From positions 1-64,000 of the forward strand of contig CAVYHV010000009.1 of assembly GCA_963768425.1 (NCBI GenBank): a stretch of DNA of 64,000 nucleotides, in the 5' to 3' direction. Source of the DNA: Candidatus Bathyarchaeota archaeon (GTDB lineage Archaea > Thermoproteota > Bathyarchaeia > Bathyarchaeales > Bathycorpusculaceae). How positions within the stretch are numbered: position 1 is the stretch's first letter; each line of letters begins with the position of its first letter. This document shows, piece by piece, positions 43,198 to 52,537 of this stretch. The notes below the pieces were generated by a model, which was given only the letters and a program-made list of their open reading frames with translations, had not been told where the DNA came from and did not search any database. Both the position numbers and the translations under genes were made by a program.

Positions 43198-43380
43198 ACT
43201 TCAAGTGTTACAAGCCTTTAAGTGGTCTTTTAACTCGACAGTTTATTTTTTTGAAAAAAATAAAACTTGGACGCTTATTTCTTGAAGAAGTGAACGCAGG
43301 GCAAAGGGTTCTTTCAACTGCACATTAAACCTTAAATACTGACGGCTTTTTACTGTTGGAGCAACTGGGGCATAACTAAC

Positions 43381-44154
43381 ATGTACAGTCAGGCTGCAGT
43401 TGAACTGAAGGATGTAACGAAACGTTACAACGAAATCGTGGCAGTAAACAAACTTAGCCTATCGATTGGTCAAGGCGAAATCTTCGGGCTCTTAGGACCC
43501 AACGGGTCAGGAAAATCCACTACTCTTAAAATGTTACTGGGTTTGGTCACGCCTGAAGTCGGCAGCGTCACTGTTCTAGGGTTAGACGTTACGAAGGATC
43601 CGGTTGGAATCAAATGTCTTACAGGTTATGTTCCCGAATCAGCCAATATCTACGAATTTCTAACGGGAATAGAGTATTTGGATTTTATCGCCGACGTTTA
43701 CAGCGTTCCCGCTGAAGAAAAGAAGCAGCGGATAACAGAATACCTCAAAGCCCTTCAGCTGGAGGGTCGGGAAGGCGACATGATTAACAGTTACTCGGAC
43801 GGCATGAAAAAGAAAATAAGTCTTATTTCAGCTTTCATTCACAAACCCAAGCTGCTGCTGCTTGATGAGCCACTTAACGCTTTGGATCCCCGTTCAGCAA
43901 GGATAGTTAAGGATTTTCTGCATCAACTCAAAGGCCAAGGCGTTACCACTATCATGACGACCCATGTTCTTGAAATTGCAGAGGCAATTTGCGACAGAAT
44001 CGGCATAATGTATCAGGGTCAACTGCTTGCGCTTGGCAACATGGATGAGCTTAGGAAGACGGCGAGTCTGCCTGGTTCAGATTTGGAAGACGTTTTCCTC
44101 AAGTTAACGGGTACGGAAGATTTGAGAGCTGTTGTTGAGGAACTCATGAAATGA
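43381..44154 (+). CDS. ABC ATP-binding protein
   Basis: GPNGSGKST, YSDGMKKK, LLDEP, TTH. Confidence 0.92.
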   Translation: MYSQAAVELKDVTKRYNEIVAVNKLSLSIGQGEIFGLLGPNGSGKSTTLKMLLGLVTPEVGSVTVLGLDVTKDPVGIKCLTGYVPESANIYEFLTGIEYLDFIADVYSVPAEEKKQRITEYLKALQLEGREGDMINSYSDGMKKKISLISAFIHKPKLLLLDEPLNALDPRSARIVKDFLHQLKGQGVTTIMTTHVLEIAEAICDRIGIMYQGQLLALGNMDELRKTASLPGSDLEDVFLKLTGTEDLRAVVEELMK

Positions 44155-45815
44155 ACTGGAAGAATGTCCTCCGCCTGCTCCGGGTTGAACGCAAATCTGG
44201 CAGGCTAATCAGAGGAATAAAAGCTACACGGTACAAAGAAAACTCTTTCGTTGCCTATTGGCCTTATTGGGTGGCATTGATACTCGGGGCTTTAGGCGGT
44301 TTTCTAGCTGACTACGTTGTGGGTCTTGCGTCAACCACGGCGATACATTCTTTGAACACGCAGGCAGTCGGTTTCTTCTCAGTTTTGCCGACTTTGGTTT
44401 TAGGTATCAGTATAGTGTTTACTTTGTTCCAGCAGGTACAGTTAGCTGGGAAAGCTTCGAGTCAAGTGATGTATTGGCTGCCTGTAACTTGGCAAGAGCA
44501 CACATTAGCCTCAATTCTGGCTAACTTGTTGGGGTTACCTGTAGCAGTTGTGGTAGGATTAAGCTCTGGACTCATAGTCTTTGGGGCGTTTAACGGGTTG
44601 ATTCTCCAAGCATTACTAACCATAGTCATTCTGTTTGCGACGGCTTTTCTTGCTAGTTCGATAACGGAGATCATTAGAGTTATCCAAGTACGCTTTGCAG
44701 GAGCAGTCTATAAATCAAGTGGGAGAGCAGCTATATGGTTGCGGCTCATCGGTTCGCTGCTCGTCGTAATAATATTTTACATTATCTACTTTTACGCCGT
44801 TTCGGGAACAAACACTTTCATTTCAAGCCTGAGCGCCGTACAGAGGGGAGCGTGGTATGTACCTTTCGTTTGGCCAGCCTTGATACTTTCTTACATTGCC
44901 AAAGGCCTTTTTCTGCAGAGCGTCGTCTATGTAGCCTTATCAGCTGGTTTCATCGTAGGCTTGTACTACCTTGCCGTCGAATTGAACACACGGTTCGGGC
45001 TTTATGAGCCGCCGGCGATAACTTTGCAGAAAAGTGGCGTTTATGCACCGAAAATCGGGTTCCTGGGCAAGCTTGGTTTTTCAAGTGGTGAAGCAGCCTT
45101 AATTCGAAAGGATTTGCGAGCGTTTACTAGGCGTCGGGATCTGCTAGGTATCTACTTCATGCCAATTATTCTAGTTATAATTTCGATTTTCTACTCGTTC
45201 GGCATAGGCGGAGGTTCGTCTTCGGGCTCAAGCTTGGCAATTTGGTCCGGAGTGATTTTTCTGGTGCCTGCCAGCGGAATGGCAATGTTGCTTGGCCAAG
45301 TCTTGATAGGCGAGGAAGGGCAAGTGATTTGGCGAATTTACGCTTCACCCATATCCGCCAAGAACTTGGTCAGGAGCAAATTCTTCTTAGTAATGATATT
45401 CTCAACTATCATTTTGGTTGCGACGGGAGCCATAGGCGTAGTTGTGTTTCATCCAAGCCTTCGAAAAGCACTGATAGCCATATTAGAAGGGTTCTTTATG
45501 TCGCTCGCAGTGGCATCGGTTTCGCTTCAAATCGGTCTTAAAGGTCCCGACTTTTCAGGGACACGACGAGCAAGAATGGTTCGCCAGGAATGGTCACTGC
45601 TAGGTTCCATCGTCGGCGTCGTCACTGGGGTAGGGGTTTTTGCTCCGGTACTTGTTCAGTACGCTGTTGGGTTATACTACAATTCATCCGTTAGCACCCT
45701 AAATTATGCTATCGGTCTTGCCATAAGCGCTGCAATTTCTGTAGTAATCACTGCGGTGTTTTACAAAGTCAACATAGACAGTGCACAGGATTTCCTGCGT
45801 AAAGCGGAAACTTGA
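44151..45815 (+). CDS. ABC permease, multi-pass membrane protein
   Basis: ~12 TM helices, translationally coupled to ATPase. Confidence 0.8.
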   Translation: MNWKNVLRLLRVERKSGRLIRGIKATRYKENSFVAYWPYWVALILGALGGFLADYVVGLASTTAIHSLNTQAVGFFSVLPTLVLGISIVFTLFQQVQLAGKASSQVMYWLPVTWQEHTLASILANLLGLPVAVVVGLSSGLIVFGAFNGLILQALLTIVILFATAFLASSITEIIRVIQVRFAGAVYKSSGRAAIWLRLIGSLLVVIIFYIIYFYAVSGTNTFISSLSAVQRGAWYVPFVWPALILSYIAKGLFLQSVVYVALSAGFIVGLYYLAVELNTRFGLYEPPAITLQKSGVYAPKIGFLGKLGFSSGEAALIRKDLRAFTRRRDLLGIYFMPIILVIISIFYSFGIGGGSSSGSSLAIWSGVIFLVPASGMAMLLGQVLIGEEGQVIWRIYASPISAKNLVRSKFFLVMIFSTIILVATGAIGVVVFHPSLRKALIAILEGFFMSLAVASVSLQIGLKGPDFSGTRRARMVRQEWSLLGSIVGVVTGVGVFAPVLVQYAVGLYYNSSVSTLNYAIGLAISAAISVVITAVFYKVNIDSAQDFLRKAET

Positions 45816-45907
45816 AGAAACATTGGCAATAGATCCCTCCCTTGTTGACTTTTAGGGGTTAGTATAGGGTTAATTTAAAAGCAAACACCGAGAAAACGTT
45901 AAACTGT

Positions 45908-46108
45908 TTGGTGACGAGGATGGGCAATGAAGGGAAAGGAACGATATTTCGGCGCAAAGACAACAGGTACCTGCTTTATCTGCCTGTGCGCGTAGTTGAC
46001 GACAGCATGTTCCCGTTGAAGTGCAACAGTTCGATGCCCGTTAAAGTAAGTTTCAGCCCAAACGACGGCAAATTAATCGCAGAGAAATGGGAAGACGAAA
46101 AAAGCTGA
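45908..46108 (+). CDS. Small AbrB/MazE-like protein
   Basis: YLLYLPVRVVDDSMFP...VKVSF swapped-hairpin pattern. Confidence 0.5.
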   Translation: MVTRMGNEGKGTIFRRKDNRYLLYLPVRVVDDSMFPLKCNSSMPVKVSFSPNDGKLIAEKWEDEKS

Positions 46109-46168
46109 AACACTGTCTCAGCAACTCTTTATTTATCAGTTCCAACAACTCTTTTTTAGTGAAGTTTT

Positions 46169-46611
46169 ATGGCAGACTTGAAAGTTAAGAGCGCGGTTTT
46201 TGAACCTGGCAAGCTAATTCCAAAAAAATATTCTTGCGACGGACAAGACATCAACCCACCACTGACCATTGAAGGTATCCCAAAGGAAGCAAAAACCCTT
46301 GTTTTAGCTTTAGATGACCCTGACGCGCCCAGGCGGGACATTTGACCACTGGATCGTTTGGAACATCCCAGCGTCAACAACAAAGATACGCAGAAAACTC
46401 CGTGCCTGGAAAAGAAGGCTTCAACAGCGCACGGCAAACGGGTTACATGGGACCATGTCCCCCTTCGGGGACACACAGGTACTTCTTCAAAGTTTATGCT
46501 TTGGACATTGAGCTTAACCTGGGTTTAGGATCGAAAAAGAAAGACGCTGAAAAAGCCATGCAGGGACACGTTTTAGCTAAGGGGGAATTAATGGGCACCT
46601 ATACAAGGTAA
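46169..46611 (+). CDS. YbhB/YbcL (PEBP) family protein (frameshifted)
   Basis: YSCDGQDINPPL, DDPDAP, HWIVWNIP, YMGPCPPSGTHRYFFKVYALD across frames. Confidence 0.88.
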
Positions 46612-46720
46612 CCACCCTTCAAAGTTTGATTACCCAAAACGGCTTGTTGATATGGCGAAGCATTGCAATGATTGGTTGATCTGGTTTTGAACCAAAAATA
46701 CCTCATTTTAGTTCGTTGCG

Positions 46721-47869
46721 TTGCTTATCATTTTAATTTCTGTTACGCTTTTTCTGACCTTTGAACCCTACGAAAACGTTTCAACCAGGCCGTTTTATCT
46801 GGGCGTCGAATTTGCATATGGAAGCCAGTTTAGCCAACTAAAAGCGTTGGTGGATCAGGTTAAGAGTTACACAAATCTCTTCGTCATCGGCTCAGTCACT
46901 CTAACGTTTAATTTGACGGCGCTGAACGAATCATGCAACTATATTTACAAAGCGGGATTAAGCTTCATTGTCCTCTTCACCAGCTACTACATGTACAACT
47001 CAAATGGGTTCTCAAGTAGCTACACCATATTCAACTGGACACGGTCCGCCCAGCAAATGTACGGCAGCAAATTCTTGGGAATTTACAGGTTCGACGAGCC
47101 GGGAGGAAACCAGCTAGACCGCGGAAAGTCTCAGATTATCAACGACACCTCTTTAAGTTACGCTCAGGTAGCTCAGGGTTACGTAGGTAATCTGTCAAGC
47201 ATAGTAAACTATTACTCGCACTTTCAGAACACCGTCGCCAATCCAGTTGTTAAAATCTTTACATCGGATTATGGACTGTACTGGTTCGACTACCAGGCAG
47301 GTTACAGCACCGTTTTCGCCGAATTCCTCGGAAACGAAAGCAGGCAAATTCCCATAGCGCTTGACAGAGGCGCCGCTCAATCGTTCAATGAGCCTTGGGG
47401 AGCCATAATAACATGGAACAACGAATTTCCGAACCCTGAGTCTAAGGAGCAGCTGTTGTCCGACTTGTCAACCGCTTACAGTGCAGGAGCCACCTACGAT
47501 GTCGTTTTCACTTTCCCAAATATAACGGGTTATTCATACGGCACGCTTTCGCAGGAAGATTTCGAGGCTTTGCATGAGTTCTGGACGGACATCCACACAA
47601 ATCCAATGCAATTCGAGGCAACCCCGGGGGAGGCTGCCTACGTTGCGCCCGCGGACTTTGGGTTTGGCTTTCGCAGCGCTACCGATACAATCTGGGGTTT
47701 ATTCCCAGCTTCCAACTACTCGTACACCGCAAAAATATGGAGCGACACTCAACTCCTTTTGGCAAATTATGGTGGTACGTTAAACATAATTTATGATGAT
47801 CAAACCATTATACAGCCGACGCTGAATGAATACTCGCATGTCTTTTATTATGGCCAGACCGTCACGTGA
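46721..47869 (+). CDS. Membrane-anchored extracellular protein, possible glycoside-hydrolase-like barrel
   Basis: N-terminal TM, aromatic-rich, YRFDEPGG, FTSDYGLYWFDY. Confidence 0.6.
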   Translation: MLIILISVTLFLTFEPYENVSTRPFYLGVEFAYGSQFSQLKALVDQVKSYTNLFVIGSVTLTFNLTALNESCNYIYKAGLSFIVLFTSYYMYNSNGFSSSYTIFNWTRSAQQMYGSKFLGIYRFDEPGGNQLDRGKSQIINDTSLSYAQVAQGYVGNLSSIVNYYSHFQNTVANPVVKIFTSDYGLYWFDYQAGYSTVFAEFLGNESRQIPIALDRGAAQSFNEPWGAIITWNNEFPNPESKEQLLSDLSTAYSAGATYDVVFTFPNITGYSYGTLSQEDFEALHEFWTDIHTNPMQFEATPGEAAYVAPADFGFGFRSATDTIWGLFPASNYSYTAKIWSDTQLLLANYGGTLNIIYDDQTIIQPTLNEYSHVFYYGQTVT

Positions 47870-47969
47870 TTATTGCCTTGTAACCCAGTTCACAGATAAA
47901 GCCTTTAAACGTGAATGTTGCATTTAACCAACCTGTCTATTAGTTCATGGGAGTTGTGGGCATCTGCAT

Positions 47970-50900
47970 TTGGATGAGAAATCACAGATTGACGCTAAGC
48001 CTGCAGGGGATTTGCCGCCTCTTGATGCCTCGGGCGTAGCGGAATACATCCGCTTCGACGGCTGCCCCCGCTACTTCAAACTCCGCTTCGAGGAAAAAGA
48101 CGAGAAAAAAATAACGTGGCCTGAAGCCTTCCATAAGCCATTGAGCCCCTTGCTTTTTACTGCCGGCAAACAGCTCGAAGAGAAAACGGTTCAAGAACTC
48201 AAAGCAAAAGGGGCCGACTTCAAAGACTTCACATGCTACGACCCCAAACAGCAGAAAGAAAGGTGGCCCATCGAGTGGCAAAATTCACTGCAGTCAATAA
48301 TAGAAATTCTCAAAGACGCCATTTCAGCAAAGAACGAAGCTGCTTTCAACCCTGTTTTGATTTATCAAGCGCCAGTGATGGGGCACATCGGCATGTGGGA
48401 GGTAAAGGGAGTAGCTGACCTCATCGGTGTATGGCCGAACAGGAACGGCAAGACGAAAGTTCGCATTTTTGAAATTAAGTCATCTTGGAAAGAGCAGACA
48501 GCACACCGCATTCAGGTCGCGATTTATGTACTCTTGTTAACCGCAGCGATAGGCGAACTTGCTTCGAAAGTCGATTTCGAAGGCGGAGTAATCAATAAAG
48601 AATCGGACCTGGAAAATCTTGCCCCAGAAAGTCTGCCTTCTTTTAGGCTTGAACCCTTAATACAAGATGTTCAAAGGCTCCTGAGCATAAACGGTGAGCT
48701 TTTCAGAATCCACAAAAAGAGCCTCGCCGATGTGGAGTATCAGCTTTCTTGGCGATGCGATAACTGCGGCTACAACGAATGTTGCTTTGTTCGGGCAGTA
48801 GAAAAAGAAAGCGTGGCTCTGCTTAACTTAACCCGCGGCGAGCAGAAGGCTTTGCGGCAGCATGGGATTTTGAAGTTGGAAGACCTGGCCAAGTTGAAAG
48901 CGGTGCCTAGACAAGAGGAGCAAAAGCCATACAACTTCAAGGAGATACGCGCTTCAGACAATCAAAAAGTGCAGTCCTTGTCAGCTGACCCCATCATCGG
49001 CGGCAAAGTTGACAGGCTGATTCAGAGAGCGCAATTCATGCTTTTCGGAATACGGCCGACAAGCCCTTATGCAAATAGGGTTCGGGCGATGCCGTGGCTG
49101 ACTGGCACAGGTTATGGCACTTTGCCCGAGGATAGTCCGGTGGAAGGCGCCGACACAACGCTTCTATTCAAGCCTGACGGCATGATACGCGTATATTTTC
49201 ACATTCAATGGGATTACTTAGTAAACATAATTTCAATGATCACTGCACGAGTCAGCTGCACACGATACAAAGGCCAACCAATCAGCATCTCAAAAATCGT
49301 CAACGCGATACCCAAGGAGCAAAAAGAATGTGTGGACGAAGAAAGAGGCTTGCTGCAAGCGTTCTTTACGGAACTCACAGAAGCCGTCAACAAAATTGCG
49401 GTTGAGGTAGGCAGCCCGGACGAAGCACCTATTCACTTGTACTTTTACACACGTCAAGAACGTGACCACTTAATGGACGCAGTGCGTCGCCACTCTTCTT
49501 TGGTGACAGCCAACGCGGTTCGGGACCTTCTGGGGCTTAGGCAAGCAATTGACCAGCCCATGTTCTCAATAGTGCAAGACGAACTCTTGTTGAGAAAGGC
49601 AATCGGTTATCCAAGCACAGGGCTTCTTCCAGTTCTAAAGCAATCAAACTACTTCAACAGCAACCAATGGGTAATCAATCGCAAAGACGGTTCACAACTT
49701 GATCCTCGCCGCGTCTTTTACGATGGCTTCTTCAACTTTGATATGCCTTACACAAAAAACCCAGACGACACCATGTCTTTCCTGATAGGGCCTGACCTAA
49801 GACGCAAAGACGGGTATTACCCAGCCCGTGCCCGCTTCGGAAACCAAATTCCAATCGAATACTTGTGGGCTGCAAAAGGGCGACTTGACAGCAACCAGGA
49901 GAAGGCCCAAGCAAGAATCATGGTAGAGCGACGCATGTGGTGCGATTACCCAACTAACAAACGGAGAATCGGCGACGAAGATTTGACGCTGCTCGGGATA
50001 CAGCTTTGCATGGCGCTGGAACACATTGAGCGGTCTTTAAACATACGAAACCGTCGATTAGGCAAGAAGCCAATTCCTGTGCCGCAGATTCCAAAGTTCA
50101 CGTTGGGCAAAGCAACTTTGAAGAGTAGTTGCAGTGAATTTTTAGATTTAGAGTACTTCGCAAAACGCCAAGAGCTTTATCAGCATTACTCTTTGCTTCC
50201 ATGCCAGCGGGTAGCGACAGGCAGGTCGGTAATTTTTGAATGCTTTAGTGTTGAAGAAACAGACCGTGACTTCACGGTCAGGGGCAGGGTGATCTATGAA
50301 AGCCTCGGAATACCAAAATCGGATTGTATTGTTAACGCGTGCAGGGTCAAAGGTTCAGATGAATCTGGCTCAGGAGATTGGATGGTTGCCACAGAAATCA
50401 GAAGGAATGCGCAGGGACAGCTTGAAGAAATACAGAAAAAGTCTCCTTCTGAGTTGGAGAAATCTGCGCTTGTAATCATCGACAAGGTTGACCTACGCAA
50501 AATGGAAGTAGCCATTAAAGTGTTGAGTTGGCCCAGCGGAAAAACCCGTCAGTACAGAACTTGGCACAGCCTTCCAACCACTGACAAGATGAACGCCAAA
50601 GAAGGTAGGCAGCAGGTTTTTGAGGCGGGTCGAATCTACATTTTAGACGAGATGGCGGACGACATCATCTCTGAACGCGCGAAAAAATGCCTTGAACACA
50701 CCGACGACAACCAGCTTTATTGTTTGTTGGAAGGCTTTCTGACAGGCACAGAACAGCCTTCCGAACGGGTCCCTTTAATGAGGGATTCCGCGAAGCCTTT
50801 CTTGAGTTGGGCTAACGGAAGAAAGTTTCCTCCTAAGCCCGAGCAGAACCGTTTTGTTGAGCGGGTTTTCAATGAGGAGCAGGTTGTTATGCTTCAAGGT

Positions 50901-52322
50901 CCGCCAGGCACCGGCAAAACTGAAACTTTGCAGTTGGCGGTGCTTGCTCACATTGCTGCCCACAAAGCCGTAGGCAAATGTCGCGTTTTGATGGTTGCCC
51001 CGACTCATAAGGCGATCTCTGAATTTGTTAACAAGATGGCGAAGACATGGCAAGACTATTGCAGGGAAGGCGGCAAAGATCTGGCTAACCTGAAAATTTA
51101 CAGGGTAGTAAACAACAATTATTCTTCAAACAAAGCCTGCGACGGCATAACATACGTGAACTACAACGAGGACGCAGAGGTCGTAACGGAACTAAAAGGG
51201 GCACTTTCAAGCCAACATAAATTGGTTCATGATGCTGCCGACGATTTTCCGTTGGTTCTGTGTGTCACGCCGCCGGGATTGTACGGACTCATGAAGAAGA
51301 TCGGCGGTAAAGAACCCTCTTGGGACGAAGGCTACTTTGACCTGCTTGTTGTCGATGAGGCAAGCATGATGAGGCTTCCTGAATTGATTCTTTCAGGCGC
51401 CTTTGTTGATAAGACCGCCCAAATGCTTGTGGCGGGGGACCATCGGCAGCTTCCTCCGATTCAAGTTCATAACTGGGAAAAAGAGGACCGTCGAACCATC
51501 GAGGAAATGGCGTCGTTTCTGTCTGCGATGGATTTCCTGCGTTTGCTGCGGCAAGAGGACTTGGGATTGGAGCACATTAAGTCGTCTAATAAGGCCGAGA
51601 TCCCAACAGAGCGGCTGAGCGAAACTCATCGGTGTCACAGCGTCGTGGCGGAGTTCCTTAGAGATTGGGTTTACCATAAGGACGGGATTGATTTCCGCTC
51701 AGACCAAACCGAGACTCTTTGCGGAGCGGCTGCTTCAACTGTGGGGTTGAATGTGATTTTGAAGTCAGAGAACGTTTTTGTGCTTGTTATTCACGATGAA
51801 GAGGAAAGTTTTCAGTCAAACGTGGTTGAAGCTCAAATTGTTGATGCCTTAGTTCGTAGTGTGAAGCCTGAAAGTGTTGGCGTTGTTACTCCTCATAACG
51901 CTCAACGTGGAGTCGTAAAGAATATGCTCATTGACGGTTACCAGAACCTGCGGGTTGACACCGTTGAACGGTACCAGGGCGGCGAAGCAGACTTCATCAT
52001 AATATCCTCCACTGTAAGCGACCCTGACTACGTACGCATAGAAAGCGATTTTCTGCTGAATCTAAACCGCGTAAACGTCGCCATATCCCGAATGAAAAAG
52101 AAACTCGTTATCATCGCAAGCCGATCAATCTTCGAGTTCCTGCCCCAAGACGCCAAAGACTACGACAAAGCCCTCCTGTGGAAAGGCATAGCACAAACCG
52201 TAGGCTTCACCGCCAACAGCGTCCCCGAATGGAAAGGCAGTTTGACGGACTTTTTGGGTAAACCCGCCCAGCAAGTCGAAGTTCAAGTTTACGCCAAATC
52301 CGCCAAAAGCGACAAGCACTAA
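47970..52322 (+). CDS. Fe-S PD-(D/E)xK nuclease fused to SF1B (Dna2/Upf1-like) helicase
   Basis: CPRY...ADL...EIKSS...QVAIY...CDNCGYNECC; GPPGTGKT, DEAS, GDHRQLPP, TPHNAQ, TVERYQGGE, NVAISR. Confidence 0.85.
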   Translation: MDEKSQIDAKPAGDLPPLDASGVAEYIRFDGCPRYFKLRFEEKDEKKITWPEAFHKPLSPLLFTAGKQLEEKTVQELKAKGADFKDFTCYDPKQQKERWPIEWQNSLQSIIEILKDAISAKNEAAFNPVLIYQAPVMGHIGMWEVKGVADLIGVWPNRNGKTKVRIFEIKSSWKEQTAHRIQVAIYVLLLTAAIGELASKVDFEGGVINKESDLENLAPESLPSFRLEPLIQDVQRLLSINGELFRIHKKSLADVEYQLSWRCDNCGYNECCFVRAVEKESVALLNLTRGEQKALRQHGILKLEDLAKLKAVPRQEEQKPYNFKEIRASDNQKVQSLSADPIIGGKVDRLIQRAQFMLFGIRPTSPYANRVRAMPWLTGTGYGTLPEDSPVEGADTTLLFKPDGMIRVYFHIQWDYLVNIISMITARVSCTRYKGQPISISKIVNAIPKEQKECVDEERGLLQAFFTELTEAVNKIAVEVGSPDEAPIHLYFYTRQERDHLMDAVRRHSSLVTANAVRDLLGLRQAIDQPMFSIVQDELLLRKAIGYPSTGLLPVLKQSNYFNSNQWVINRKDGSQLDPRRVFYDGFFNFDMPYTKNPDDTMSFLIGPDLRRKDGYYPARARFGNQIPIEYLWAAKGRLDSNQEKAQARIMVERRMWCDYPTNKRRIGDEDLTLLGIQLCMALEHIERSLNIRNRRLGKKPIPVPQIPKFTLGKATLKSSCSEFLDLEYFAKRQELYQHYSLLPCQRVATGRSVIFECFSVEETDRDFTVRGRVIYESLGIPKSDCIVNACRVKGSDESGSGDWMVATEIRRNAQGQLEEIQKKSPSELEKSALVIIDKVDLRKMEVAIKVLSWPSGKTRQYRTWHSLPTTDKMNAKEGRQQVFEAGRIYILDEMADDIISERAKKCLEHTDDNQLYCLLEGFLTGTEQPSERVPLMRDSAKPFLSWANGRKFPPKPEQNRFVERVFNEEQVVMLQGPPGTGKTETLQLAVLAHIAAHKAVGKCRVLMVAPTHKAISEFVNKMAKTWQDYCREGGKDLANLKIYRVVNNNYSSNKACDGITYVNYNEDAEVVTELKGALSSQHKLVHDAADDFPLVLCVTPPGLYGLMKKIGGKEPSWDEGYFDLLVVDEASMMRLPELILSGAFVDKTAQMLVAGDHRQLPPIQVHNWEKEDRRTIEEMASFLSAMDFLRLLRQEDLGLEHIKSSNKAEIPTERLSETHRCHSVVAEFLRDWVYHKDGIDFRSDQTETLCGAAASTVGLNVILKSENVFVLVIHDEEESFQSNVVEAQIVDALVRSVKPESVGVVTPHNAQRGVVKNMLIDGYQNLRVDTVERYQGGEADFIIISSTVSDPDYVRIESDFLLNLNRVNVAISRMKKKLVIIASRSIFEFLPQDAKDYDKALLWKGIAQTVGFTANSVPEWKGSLTDFLGKPAQQVEVQVYAKSAKSDKH

Positions 52323-52537
52323 ATAGCATTGTGGGCCCAGATAATTTTCTGGCATAACCGAGATGAAAATATGGTTGTTTGAAGATGTTTAACGACTCTT
52401 GTTGTTGATATTTAGTGTTTCTGCGCAAACTTTATCTTCTAAGTAGTTTAAGGTTGGATTGTTGTTGATAAGGAAAGAGTGTTTTCATTCTTTCCCTAAT
52501 TCCTAACGTTTCATTGGAAAAAAGAAAAGTTGATGTT

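Noticed and set aside
47970-48800. Cas4 / CRISPR adaptation gene
   Set aside because: The Cas4-like fold is the N-terminal domain of a helicase fusion; no cas1/cas2 or array
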